Shown here piece after piece: positions 9,166 through 18,987 of a DNA stretch of 64,000 bases. This DNA comes from a plasmid, in the sequence record NZ_CP072340.1, one strand, 5' to 3'. The position numbers were made by a program, and so were the translations under genes. How positions within the stretch are numbered: position 1 is the stretch's first letter; every line of letters begins with the position of its first letter. The notes beneath the pieces were generated by a model. It had not been told where the DNA came from and did not search any database. It worked only from the letters and a program-made list of their open reading frames with translations.

Positions 9166-9357
9166 CTATTCTCCTTCCTTCTGTTTTTTATCTTTATTGA
9201 TTAAAATGAGACCCCAACCTAAAGTCAATATTGTGCCAATCATCACCCCAACAAAGACCCAAGGGCGGTTCATATTGCCCAAAGCCGAAGATAATAGCAA
9301 AGCTGTTACCATATACTTTGCTATATCCATAAACCATTTTCCTAACTCTTTTTTCAT
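9166..9357 (-). CDS. small membrane protein, 63 aa, whose C-terminal half is paralogous to the three peptides downstream
   Basis: ...WVFVGVMIGTILTLGWGLILINKDKKQKEGE parallels AVIVSIFVSLLATISGLYFIYQDRKNRKS. The -7-like TATATTTG sits immediately 5' of the ATG on the minus strand (plus 9362-9369), so the transcript is leaderless or very short-leadered. Confidence 0.5.
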   Translation of the reverse strand: MKKELGKWFMDIAKYMVTALLLSSALGNMNRPWVFVGVMIGTILTLGWGLILINKDKKQKEGE

Positions 9358-9473
9358 AATGCAAATATATAAATAATTCTTGTATTACGGTTCTTATTCT
9401 TAGAAAAAATAGCCAATATCTTTTATTTTGCCCTTCTTTCTATCGCTATTGGTGTTTTATTATAATTCAAAAG

Positions 9474-9512
9474 AAACCTCGCTATAAAGGAATATCCCAT
9501 ATAACGAGGTTT
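9474..9512 (-). terminator. hairpin terminator downstream of htpG
   Basis: aaacctcg-ctataaaggaatatcccatataa-cgaggttt. Confidence 0.5.
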
Positions 9513-9537
9513 AAAACTATGTGTTATCGTTGTCGGT

Positions 9538-11595
9538 TTACTTAATTAAGTCTACCGAACGCTTAATAAACTTGTCGAGCGCAGCACCCTTTAGCAATCC
9601 GTTTTGCAAGAGAGCGAGGTCTATTAGCTGATGTATGGCATTATTGTTCTTGGCATAATCGGCTATCACAGTGTTCTTTTCGTTACGCTGTTTCGTAAGT
9701 TCTTCCTCTGTGTTCTTAAGTTCGTCCTTCTCGTTTTGGGTAACTTCCTCTGGCTTTTTCTTACCTTGTGCCTGTCGCAAGGCAGCTTCGCGCGCCTGCA
9801 AACCCTTAATTTCGCTACGTATAGGCTGTAGTTTTTCGGCAGTAGAAGTATTGCTTTCGCTCAGAATTTGCTTAATAATGGCGTGGTCAGAGTTCAGTAC
9901 GATGGTGTATGTGTCGGGCATTTGTGCATAGAAACCCATACCCTGCTGGTATTGGCTCATCTCTTTCATACGGCGCATATACTCGTTTTGTGTTGCCACA
10001 ATTGGCTGAGCGGTTTCGCCCAATGGCTCTACGCTTACCATAAACTCTGCCTTTTCCACCTTAGGCAGCTGCGATTGGAAAGCCTGAGTTAGCGTATCGG
10101 CATCGTTTTCGCCAAGTTTTTCGCCCTTTGTTTCGTCTTTTTTCGCAATGATATGGTCTATAACGTCAGAGTCTACCCGTACAAAACGCGACTTGTCGAA
10201 CTTCTGTTCCAGCATGGAAAGCGTAGGAACGTCTAACTGTCCGTTGGCTAACAGCACGGAATATCCCTTTGCACGTGCCGTTTCAATGTATGAATACTGT
10301 TCCTCTTTTTCGGTTGCGTAGAGGTAAACAAGCGTTCCGTCCTTGTCGGTCTGGTTGTCTTTAATAAGCGTTTTATACTCTTCGAAGGTGAAGTTCTTGC
10401 CATCTACATCGGTAAAGAGCGAGAAATCTTTTGCACGGTCGTAGAAATCGGGTTGCGAAAGCATACCATAGTTCACGAAAAGCTTAAGGTCTTGCCACTT
10501 TTCTTCGTACTCTTTACGGTTCTCTTTGAATATTCCGTTAAGCCTGTCTGCCACTTTCTTGGTGATGTAAGTAGATATTTTCTTTACGTTAGCATCGCTT
10601 TGCAAATAGCTTCGGCTCACGTTCAGCGGTATATCCGGTGAGTCTATCACACCATGAAGCAGGGTAAGGAACTCCGGAACAATGCCTTCTACCTGGTCTG
10701 TAACGAATACTTGGTTGCAATAGAGCTGTATCTTGTTGCGCTGAAGCTCTATATTGTTCTTCACGCGTGGGAAATACAGAATGCCGGTCAGGTGGAATGG
10801 ATAGTCAACATTCAGGTGAATCCAGAACAAAGGTTCGTCGTTCATTGGGAAGAGCGTACGATAGAACTGCTTGTAGTCCTCGTCTTTCAGTTCAGCGGGA
10901 GCTTTTGTCCATAGCGGTTCCACATTATTTATAATGTTGTCCTTATCTGTTTCCACGCTTTTACCGTCTTTCCATTCGGTTTGTTTGCCGAAGACAACGG
11001 GCACAGCCATAAACTTGCAGTACTTGTTCAGCAGGCTTTCTATCTTCTGTTTCTGTAAAAACTCCTTGCAATCGTCGTCTATATGGAGCACGACATCGGT
11101 GCCATGGGTTGCCTTTTCGGTATCTTCTATCGAAAATTCCGGGCTTCCGTCGCAGCTCCAACGTACTGCTTGTGCCCCGTCGCGATAGCTTTTGGTTACT
11201 ATTTCAACCTTTTTAGACACCATGAAGGCAGAGTAGAAGCCCAGACCGAAGTGTCCTATGATGGCTTCAGCCTTGTCTTTGTACTTGTCCAAGAAGTCTG
11301 TAACACCCGAAAAGGCTATCTGGTTGATGTATTTGTCTATCTCTTCTGCCGTCATACCTATGCCATCATCGCTTACGGTGAGTGTTCCGGCTTTTTCGTC
11401 GAGACTTACACGAACCTTCAAATCGTTGGTTTCGCCTTTAAACTCGCCTGTTGCAGCAAGCGTGCGCAGCTTTTGTGTTGCATCGACAGCGTTAGATACC
11501 AACTCGCGAAGGAAGATGTCGTGGTCGGAATAGAGGAATTTCTTAATGACAGGGAATATGTTCTCTGTCGTTACACCTATTTTACCTTTTTGCAT
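9538..11595 (-). CDS. htpG: molecular chaperone HtpG (Hsp90)
   Basis: 685 aa. N-terminal GHKL ATPase motifs (LRELVSNAVDA, DDGIGMT) and overall Hsp90 architecture. Confidence 0.92.
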   Translation of the reverse strand: MQKGKIGVTTENIFPVIKKFLYSDHDIFLRELVSNAVDATQKLRTLAATGEFKGETNDLKVRVSLDEKAGTLTVSDDGIGMTAEEIDKYINQIAFSGVTDFLDKYKDKAEAIIGHFGLGFYSAFMVSKKVEIVTKSYRDGAQAVRWSCDGSPEFSIEDTEKATHGTDVVLHIDDDCKEFLQKQKIESLLNKYCKFMAVPVVFGKQTEWKDGKSVETDKDNIINNVEPLWTKAPAELKDEDYKQFYRTLFPMNDEPLFWIHLNVDYPFHLTGILYFPRVKNNIELQRNKIQLYCNQVFVTDQVEGIVPEFLTLLHGVIDSPDIPLNVSRSYLQSDANVKKISTYITKKVADRLNGIFKENRKEYEEKWQDLKLFVNYGMLSQPDFYDRAKDFSLFTDVDGKNFTFEEYKTLIKDNQTDKDGTLVYLYATEKEEQYSYIETARAKGYSVLLANGQLDVPTLSMLEQKFDKSRFVRVDSDVIDHIIAKKDETKGEKLGENDADTLTQAFQSQLPKVEKAEFMVSVEPLGETAQPIVATQNEYMRRMKEMSQYQQGMGFYAQMPDTYTIVLNSDHAIIKQILSESNTSTAEKLQPIRSEIKGLQAREAALRQAQGKKKPEEVTQNEKDELKNTEEELTKQRNEKNTVIADYAKNNNAIHQLIDLALLQNGLLKGAALDKFIKRSVDLIK

Positions 11596-12031
11596 AATCT
11601 ATATTTTTATTTGTTAATTTCAATCTGCCTGTATCATTACAAATGGCGTGCCAAAATGTAACAACCAGACTTTCGCATTGCAACCAGATTTTACATATCG
11701 TCTTATTTTGATGGTTGTAACCTGCGAAAATATCTAAATTTATTCAAATTTATTGCAGTTTTATGCTCCGTTCTCCATTTTATTTTATACTTTTGCAGGC
11801 ACTCAAGAGCTTGTCAAAACTAAATAACAACATCGAATAGGCATCGTTTCAGAAGCCTATACGGTAGCAGACTCATTGCTAAATGGTTATTTCTCCATGC
11901 TTTGGAAAGCCAACAACTTGGAAAAACATGACTGACAGAAAGGCTCAAGACATCATAACAACAAATAACAGTCCTATTCAATAACGTATAAAAACTAACA
12001 TTTCTATACAAAACACCAATCTATAAGCTAC

Positions 12032-12568
12032 ATGAATGCAAGGAAAATGGAGACCCGTGGACAGGTTCACGTCTATACGGGCAACGGAAAAGGTAAGACC
12101 ACGGCAGCTTTCGGACTTGCCATACGAGCCTGTATGGCTGGCAAAAAAGTTTTCATCGGACAGTTCATGAAGTCGATGCAATACAACGAAACACGCATTG
12201 CAAGATACATAGACAACCTGTCTGTAGAGCAGTTTGGCAATGGTTGCATACTGACGCGTGCCCCCAACGAGGTGGATAGGCGGCAAGCTCAGGACGGAAT
12301 GCATAGGTGCGCAGAACTTCTTGGCTCGGGTAATTGGGACGTAGTGATATTCGATGAGATTACAATAGCACTGCACATGGAACTCGTCAGCATTGAAATG
12401 CTTATGGAAGCATTGGAAAACAGAGACTCCAAAACAGAGGTTGTGCTTACCGGACGCCATGCTCCGAAACAACTTATAGACTATGCCGACCTTGTAACAG
12501 ACATGCAGGAGGTGAAGCATTACTATGCCAGCAAGGGACTGTTGTCGCGCAATGGCATAGACAGGTAG
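12032..12568 (+). CDS. cobO: cob(I)yrinic acid a,c-diamide / cob(I)alamin adenosyltransferase (CobO/BtuR family)
   Basis: P-loop VYTGNGKGKTTAAFGLAIRA...GQFMK, typical of CobA/CobO/BtuR. 178 aa. Confidence 0.75.
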   Translation: MNARKMETRGQVHVYTGNGKGKTTAAFGLAIRACMAGKKVFIGQFMKSMQYNETRIARYIDNLSVEQFGNGCILTRAPNEVDRRQAQDGMHRCAELLGSGNWDVVIFDEITIALHMELVSIEMLMEALENRDSKTEVVLTGRHAPKQLIDYADLVTDMQEVKHYYASKGLLSRNGIDR

Positions 12569-12715
12569 GCAATCTTCAAGAACCACACAATTTGTATGAC
12601 GTGTCAGGATTTTGCTTTCCGATACGCCTCAACCGCCTTTCAAACTCACGAAGATAACGTTACTGAAACAAGGCAATTGTGCCTTAGTATTTCAATACCC
12701 CTTGTTTCGTTGTGT

Positions 12716-12780
12716 AAAAGAGCCTGTTTTACACGGCAAAAGAGCCTGTTTTGGAACGCAAGACAGGCTCTTTTGTTTTA
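12716..12780. repeat. dispersed hairpin-repeat family: three copies of AAAAGAGCCTGTTTT / CAGGCTCTTTTG
   Basis: aaaagagcctgtttt twice, then caagacaggctcttttg in inverted orientation. Lies between convergent cobO and lipA. Confidence 0.7.
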
Positions 12781-12919
12781 TTAAGGCAGTAGCATGGTAA
12801 AATGACACCTACACTTCGGGTGTATTGTTGCCTGATGGTTGCGACGGGTCTGGACAGTTCTTCCGTGTCTTGATGCACTTTATAACGGGCAACTGGAAAC
12901 TTTCAAACGGCAGAAATGG

Positions 12920-14743
12920 CTATACGGTATCGGCAGCATGGTATGAACTGCGCACCAATGGACCACTTACTACGTGCTGGAAGCCTTTCTCCAATCCTAT
13001 TTTCTTGTACTCTGCAAACTGCTGTGGACTGATATAGGCTTTCACTGGCAGATGTTTCGACGTGGGTTGCAAGTACTGTCCCAGCGTCAGACGCTTGCAG
13101 CCGGTGGCGAGAATGTCGTCCATGGTCTGCAATATCTCCTCGTGCGTTTCGCCTAAACCTAACATAAAGCCTGTTTTAGCCTGCACTCCGCAACGCACAA
13201 TCTCTGCCAGCACCTCCAAACTGCGGTCGTATTGTGCCACGCTGCGCACCGATGGAGTAAGCCTGCGCACCGTCTCCATGTTGTGTCCACACACGTGTGG
13301 CTTTGTGGTTAGCACCTTTTGTATCAGTTCTTTCTTCCCCATGAAGTCCGGTATAAGCAGTTCTATCTTTGTGTCAGGGTTCAGTTGCTGTATGGCTTCC
13401 ACGGTTTTCACCCAGTGTTCGGCACCGTAGTCGGGCAAATCGTCGCGGTCTACCGACGTGATTACGGCATAACGAAGGTTCAAAGCCTTTATCGATTCAG
13501 CCACGTGTCGGGGTTCTTCAGGGTTCAAAGCGTTGGGACGTCCACTCAATGTGTTGCAGAACCGACACTTGCGGGTACATATTTCGCCCCCTATCATGAG
13601 CGTTGCGGTGCGTGCTGCCCAGCATTCTGTGCGGTTCGGGCATAGTCCGCTGGTGCAGATAGTGTTCATGTGGTGGCGTGCCAGAATGCCTGCTGTTTCG
13701 CCAGACGACTTCTTTGAGGTTAGGTTTATCTTCAGCCAATCGGGCTTCATCACGTGTGGCGGACGACCGAAGAGCAGGCGCAAGAACTGTTCGGTGGTGA
13801 AATTGCGAATCACGTTGCCCATTTCCACGCCCTCGATAGCCTTCTCTACCGCCTCGCGCGTAAAGCTGACACCATGCAGAAGGTCGAGCAATTCACGGTC
13901 AAGGTCGCCCGACAGGAAGTAATCGCCCATCAGATTGATGTTCACAATCTTTTGGTTCTTCAATTCAATATGTGCCTGAATGGTGCCCACATCGGCAAAA
14001 CGCTTCTGCCGAACCTCCGTATATTTAGGGTTCTTGCCGTATGTAAAGTCGTCAGAAGCAAGTCCTTTCTCAATCTCTTCAATCTGTTTCATGTCGTCAG
14101 GAGTAAGTTCCAGTACCTCGTTTCCACACATATACTTGCGTACGTAAGCCATAAACGCCTCTATATCGAGCGTGGTATAGTTGCCCACATTGGCAACACG
14201 CTGGCGCACGGACGCTACCCCCTTGCTCTGCAACTTCTCCTTTCCGGGTGTCAATGCTTCTGAAAGGTGTTCCAACTGCGTGCTGAACAAGAGCGAATTG
14301 TGCAGCACGCTGCGCCCTTTAAGGCGGTAGAAGGCACTTCCTGCCACCTTCTTTCCCTCCACGAGAATATCGTTTCTGCCCGAAAGCTCGGTGTTAATGC
14401 CAAGACTTCTTATCATGTCGGCAATGCCCTGCATATACTCTACAAAGGCACTATTCACGTTTTCGGCAAACGAGATGTACGAAAACTGCATGCAGCCCTT
14501 GTCGGCATAGATGCAGCCTCCGCCACTCTTACGGCGGAAAATGTGTATGCCGTTGCGCTTGCAGTAGTCTATGTTCACTTCGTTTTCGGTCAGCTGGTTG
14601 CGTCCAAGCATGACCGTCGGCTCTACACGCCACGCCATAAAGTAGTCGTCGTCGGTGTATTTGCGTGCCACATACTCTTCTACGGCAAAGTAAAAAGGCA
14701 GTTGGTGGGTAGTCTTTCGTTCAGGAATAATGATATATTTCAT
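12920..14743 (-). CDS. lipA: fused lipoate-protein ligase (LplA-like) / lipoyl synthase (LipA) protein, 607 aa
   Basis: The N-terminal ~330 aa look like LplA/BPL_LplA_LipB (FYFAVEEYVARKY..., RRKSGGGCIYAD). At about residue 335 the LipA entry motif KPDWLK begins, followed by the radical-SAM cluster CTRKCRFCNT and a second Cys cluster. One continuous ORF. Confidence 0.75.
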   Translation of the reverse strand: MKYIIIPERKTTHQLPFYFAVEEYVARKYTDDDYFMAWRVEPTVMLGRNQLTENEVNIDYCKRNGIHIFRRKSGGGCIYADKGCMQFSYISFAENVNSAFVEYMQGIADMIRSLGINTELSGRNDILVEGKKVAGSAFYRLKGRSVLHNSLLFSTQLEHLSEALTPGKEKLQSKGVASVRQRVANVGNYTTLDIEAFMAYVRKYMCGNEVLELTPDDMKQIEEIEKGLASDDFTYGKNPKYTEVRQKRFADVGTIQAHIELKNQKIVNINLMGDYFLSGDLDRELLDLLHGVSFTREAVEKAIEGVEMGNVIRNFTTEQFLRLLFGRPPHVMKPDWLKINLTSKKSSGETAGILARHHMNTICTSGLCPNRTECWAARTATLMIGGEICTRKCRFCNTLSGRPNALNPEEPRHVAESIKALNLRYAVITSVDRDDLPDYGAEHWVKTVEAIQQLNPDTKIELLIPDFMGKKELIQKVLTTKPHVCGHNMETVRRLTPSVRSVAQYDRSLEVLAEIVRCGVQAKTGFMLGLGETHEEILQTMDDILATGCKRLTLGQYLQPTSKHLPVKAYISPQQFAEYKKIGLEKGFQHVVSGPLVRSSYHAADTV

Positions 14744-15049
14744 TGTTCAGATCTATGTTCTCAATATGTGTTGATAGGTTGTTTCACCTTATCGTATATA
14801 TAATGCCCACAATTTCATCGGCAAGTCGCTACACCCTGCCAATGCCATCGAGGGCTTGCAAATGTACGAAAAAATATTGATTTGGGCGAAAATACACCCT
14901 TTTTTATTACAAACGATACTTTCCCGGAGGATTAAAAAAGATGAAATTACACCATAAAACGAATATTTTCTTTAACTTTGTACAATTGTTTGCGAACTGT
15001 GACAGCTACAAAACGCAACGGAAGAACAATACAATAAAAATAGAAAACA

Positions 15050-16129
15050 TTGATAATGAAGAAACTACAGCAGGTCTTAATGCTCGCTGTCTGCCTACTG
15101 ATACTGATGGTGGCAGCCGTCCAGCGCGATGGAAAACTATGGGGAAACAGTCTGAAAGCTGCGAAAGCCGACAGCCTGAAGACTGCAAGAATAGACACGA
15201 TGCGTACGCTCGATGACGGAACAAAGGTGATAAATACCACCATGTTGGGTAAAGACATTACGGGATATGGTGGTGCTGTGCCGTTAGAAATATATGTAAA
15301 AGACAACAAAATAGTGAAAGTGAAGGCGTTAAAGAATGCCGAAACGCCCGAATTCTTTGCCGAAACGAAGCCATTGCTTGCCAAATGGAACGGCAAGACC
15401 ATAGACGAAGCACTGCGATTGAAGGTAGATGCCGTCAGTGGAGCCACTTTCTCGTCGCGCGGAATCATCGGAAACATGAGGCGCGGACTGGCTTACGCTT
15501 CGCAAAAAGCCGTAGAGCCAAGCATTCTGGAGCAGATGGACCTCAATGCAAAAAACGTTTCGGCACTCTTGGTTGTGCTCTTGGGTGCCATTGTTCCGCT
15601 GTTCTATCGAAACAAACACTACCGCACGGTGCAGCTTTTGCTCAACGCTGTGGTGCTGGGCTTCGGTTGTGGTACGTTCCTTTCGTGGTCGCTGTTCGTC
15701 AATTTCGTGTCAAGCGGCATTAATTTCTGGGCTTCGCTCGTACCTGTTCTTATGTTAGTCACTGCCTTTGTCTATCCGCTTTTTGGCAAGAAGAACTATT
15801 ATTGCACGAACATTTGTCCGTGTGGCTCGCTCCAAGACCTGGCTGCGAAAACGAAAAACAGGAAGTGGCGCATGGACGGAAAGACGGTTAAAGCGCTCAA
15901 TGCTGCCCGTAAACTCTTGTTTGCAGTGCTGTTGGTGCTTGCACTTTCTGGCATTTGGTTCAAGTGGATGGACTACGAAGTGTTCTCTGCCTTCATCTTT
16001 CAGACGGCTTCGGTGTTTGTCCTGGCGCTCGGCGGAGTGTTTTTGCTACTTTCCTTCTTCGTTGCCCGCCCCTATTGCCGCTTCGTCTGCCCTACGGGAA
16101 CACTGTTCAAGATAGCCGAACGCCGTTAG
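15050..16129 (+). CDS. FMN-binding domain / 4Fe-4S ferredoxin-type polytopic membrane protein (NosR/NapH-like)
   Basis: Periplasmic FMN_bind-like segment (GAVPLEIYVKDNKIVKV...SGATFSSRG), followed by TM helices and two Cys clusters (CTNICPCGSLQ, CRFVCPTGTL). Confidence 0.65.
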   Translation: MIMKKLQQVLMLAVCLLILMVAAVQRDGKLWGNSLKAAKADSLKTARIDTMRTLDDGTKVINTTMLGKDITGYGGAVPLEIYVKDNKIVKVKALKNAETPEFFAETKPLLAKWNGKTIDEALRLKVDAVSGATFSSRGIIGNMRRGLAYASQKAVEPSILEQMDLNAKNVSALLVVLLGAIVPLFYRNKHYRTVQLLLNAVVLGFGCGTFLSWSLFVNFVSSGINFWASLVPVLMLVTAFVYPLFGKKNYYCTNICPCGSLQDLAAKTKNRKWRMDGKTVKALNAARKLLFAVLLVLALSGIWFKWMDYEVFSAFIFQTASVFVLALGGVFLLLSFFVARPYCRFVCPTGTLFKIAERR

Positions 16130-16337
16130 CCGATGGCAGGAAACAAACAGGATAAAAACAATAACGATAGGGAAAAATCAGTTTCCGACCTACCCTTTGC
16201 CTAATACTTGCCGCCATTTCGCAATTCTGCATATATATGAAGAAAAGCAAGCAATGGTGCAAGAAATCCACCGAACGGAAAGCATGGTGTAACCATTTCA
16301 TTATCAATACATAACAAAAACCATTGTTTCGCCTCAT

Positions 16338-16380
16338 AAAAACGCCTGTTTTGCATGGTAAAACAGGCTCTTTCGTCTTG
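16338..16380. repeat. dispersed hairpin-repeat family copy (aaaacgcctgttttgcatggtaaaacaggctctttcg)
   Basis: Inverted pair of the AAAAGAGCCTGTTTTG core with a 7-nt loop. Downstream of the NosR-like gene. Confidence 0.65.
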
Positions 16381-16660
16381 CAAAACAATATCTTTTGCAA
16401 AGCCAAAACGCTGCTGTCGTTTTCCCGTCGGATATTCATTAGGAGACAAAAGTATCTTTATGCAGAAACCGTATATGGCAGGAAGAAGACAGAAAGCGCG
16501 TGTTGCGCATTACACCAACCATGCAGTCGTGTCTTATGAGTCATGCAACAAGGTGAATTTCAAACAGGAAGTGCAGAGCCGGCAAAAAAATATTGGAAAA
16601 CCATTCCGCACAATTGGACTTCCAGAAAATATTTTGTAATTTTGCTTTCAAATAATAAAA

Positions 16661-18115
16661 ATGACGATGAAAAAGAGATTATTTAGTGCAGTGCTTGCAC
16701 TGTTGTTCAGTGTTGCATGCTCGGTTATGGCAGTTGCGGCTACCTCTGGTGGCGACGAGGCAGACGAAGTGGTGCGTGCGGGAGGCTTTCTGTTTCATTT
16801 CAACCGCGACAGAACGGCACTCTCGCTGTGGTTCTGCAACCGTGCCGACCGCAACATGACACTGCCCGACAAGGTTTATTACGACGGCACAACGAAGGAG
16901 GCAAGTCTCAAACCGTTCGGTAAGGCAAAGGCTTACACTGTGGAAGAGCTCGAAGAGCGCACGTTCAGAGGCAACCCCGATATACAGTCCGTCACCATTC
17001 CAGCCTCGTATCGCACCGTGGGCGGCACCGCCTTTATGAATTGTCCGAACCTGAAGACCTTCGTAGGCTTGGGCAAGGACGTCATGTATGGCAACGATCT
17101 TTTTTCTGGATGTACGGCTTTGGAGAACGTAACCATAGATGCACGCGCTATCGGTTCACACATTTTTGAAGGATGCGGAAGGCTCATCAAGCCTCACATT
17201 ACGGGCACATTGGATCACATTCCCGATGCCGCTTTCCAGAAAAGTGGCATCAGAAGCATCGACTTTATACCGCAGAGCGTTACCGCTATATGGGCGGGAG
17301 CCTTTACAGAGTCGCAGTTGGAGGGCGACCTTGTGCTGCCGTTGCGTTTCGCCGTCATAGTCAATGGGGCTTTCTCGCTGACGAATATCCGAAGCGTAAC
17401 CGTTCCGGAAGGCTTCAGAGAACTACGTGATGGGGTCTTCGCAGGGTGCCGTTCGCTCAGCAAAGTGTCGCTGCCGAGTACGCTGAAATACCTTGGCGGC
17501 ATGGAATTCTCGGCTACGGCAATCAAGCAGATCGATATTCCGAACTCGGTTATAGACCTCGGTCCGTCAGCTTTCTTCAACTGTTTACAGCTCGATTCAG
17601 TCCGTCTTTCAAATCAATTGGACAAGTTAGAACCTTCTATTTTCCAAGGTACGGCACTGAAACACATATACCTTCCAGCTTCCATCAAGAGCATAGGGAA
17701 AGGCTGTTTCATGTTCTGTAGGCAGCTAACCGATGTCTACTGCTTTTCGACAACCCCGCCAGAGGCTCACGAATATAGCTTCAACGACTTTGACAAGCCC
17801 ACCATACATGTTCCGAAAGGTACGCTCGCGGCATATAAAAGTGCTCCGACATGGAAGAAATTCAAGAAGTTCAAGGAGATGCCTGCCGCTGCGACAGATA
17901 TTTCTACCACACAGTTTGCCACATCAAACATATACCGTCAGGACAACGAAGTGCACGTTAACGATGTTCCTGACGGCGCGTTCGTACAGGTCTACACGCT
18001 TGACGGTCAGCTCATAAGCGAGGTTACGGCTCACAACACTGGGGCTGTTCTGCCGCTGAACACCGAGAACCCCGTTATTGTCAGGGCAGGCAGACAAACC
18101 GTAAAGCTTAGATAA
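16661..18115 (+). CDS. BspA-type leucine-rich-repeat surface protein with a T9SS C-terminal sorting domain
   Basis: Signal peptide. Repeated AFxxCxxLxxVxIPxSV units. C-terminal VQVYTLDGQLISEV...VIVRAGRQTVKLR is CTD-like. A TAATTTTG -7 element at 16637-16644 abuts the ATG. Confidence 0.75.
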   Translation: MTMKKRLFSAVLALLFSVACSVMAVAATSGGDEADEVVRAGGFLFHFNRDRTALSLWFCNRADRNMTLPDKVYYDGTTKEASLKPFGKAKAYTVEELEERTFRGNPDIQSVTIPASYRTVGGTAFMNCPNLKTFVGLGKDVMYGNDLFSGCTALENVTIDARAIGSHIFEGCGRLIKPHITGTLDHIPDAAFQKSGIRSIDFIPQSVTAIWAGAFTESQLEGDLVLPLRFAVIVNGAFSLTNIRSVTVPEGFRELRDGVFAGCRSLSKVSLPSTLKYLGGMEFSATAIKQIDIPNSVIDLGPSAFFNCLQLDSVRLSNQLDKLEPSIFQGTALKHIYLPASIKSIGKGCFMFCRQLTDVYCFSTTPPEAHEYSFNDFDKPTIHVPKGTLAAYKSAPTWKKFKKFKEMPAAATDISTTQFATSNIYRQDNEVHVNDVPDGAFVQVYTLDGQLISEVTAHNTGAVLPLNTENPVIVRAGRQTVKLR

Positions 18116-18128
18116 ACAACATTGAATA

Positions 18129-18869
18129 TTGAGGCTTATGGAAACTGACGATAGATATCAGCCGCTTTTATACTATATAGTGTTTGGTTCTGACGTATCA
18201 GAGTTAGTCGTTTCTCGTACGAAACACCATGTAGACACTATTCCGCAGGGATTGGAAATAGAACAACTGAATCGTCAAGAACACGGAGAGAGAATGGACT
18301 GGCTGCTGAACGGAACGATAGAAAAGGTGCTCCGGCAACACGATGCTACACTGTACGATACCTGCAAGGACACAGACTGCTGGACCATTCTGCGCGGACG
18401 GATTGCCACTGACGGCGGTTCAGACTATTTGCGAAACACCATCGGGCTGGTTCAGGCACTCATCGAACAAGGCGGAATAGGCGTCTTCGACCTGCTGACA
18501 CTCGACTTGCAGCCGGCAAGCAAATGGTCTGCCCGCTACTTCGAAAAGGAAACAGACCCACAGACACATGTAGTTGTGCTGAAATCGGACAACGAAGATG
18601 GCAGCGTATGGCTGCATACACGAGGCATGATTAAGTTCGGTCGCCCCGATTTCAGCGTCCTTCAACTTGCTCCATCGCAGGTAAACGATGCCAAGCAAGC
18701 CCTCGACCAACTCATCTTCCATAGTGGAAAAGGTGCGGAAATGAGTAAGAAACTACGCCTGCATACGGCAAACGGCAAGACCATCGACGCACAACTCCGC
18801 CTCGTTCCCGACTTCGACAACTTCGATTTCAATAACGCATACTACGAAACAGAGCTGAAGTTGCAGTGA
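18129..18869 (+). CDS. hypothetical cytoplasmic protein (246 aa)
   Basis: Long ORF with no recognisable motif. Follows the LRR gene by 13 bp. Confidence 0.45.
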   Translation: MRLMETDDRYQPLLYYIVFGSDVSELVVSRTKHHVDTIPQGLEIEQLNRQEHGERMDWLLNGTIEKVLRQHDATLYDTCKDTDCWTILRGRIATDGGSDYLRNTIGLVQALIEQGGIGVFDLLTLDLQPASKWSARYFEKETDPQTHVVVLKSDNEDGSVWLHTRGMIKFGRPDFSVLQLAPSQVNDAKQALDQLIFHSGKGAEMSKKLRLHTANGKTIDAQLRLVPDFDNFDFNNAYYETELKLQ

Positions 18870-18987
18870 AGCAGTAGCGACTTTATCCTTCTCTCACCCT
18901 CGATTGGACAGCCCCTCGTGTGCCTATGCTGCTTCCTCTCGTTGCCAGCACATTGCAAAACCCGTAGGTTTTAAACGGTAGAAGCAT

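Larger units (their letters stand above)
8811..9200. repeat. tandem direct repeat, three units of ~130 bp, each carrying a small-peptide gene
   Basis: Units begin at 8811, 8941 and 9072 (ggttctttt(t/c)tgtcttgata(c/t)ataaagtaaagac...). Copies 2 and 3 are about 85-90% identical. Confidence 0.85.

Noticed and set aside
11600-12031. Possible cobalamin riboswitch in the 240-nt leader of cobO
   Set aside because: No convincing B12-box (GCCACTG-type core) or conserved stems could be found by eye. An adenosyltransferase gene alone is also not a typical riboswitch target. An Infernal scan would settle it.
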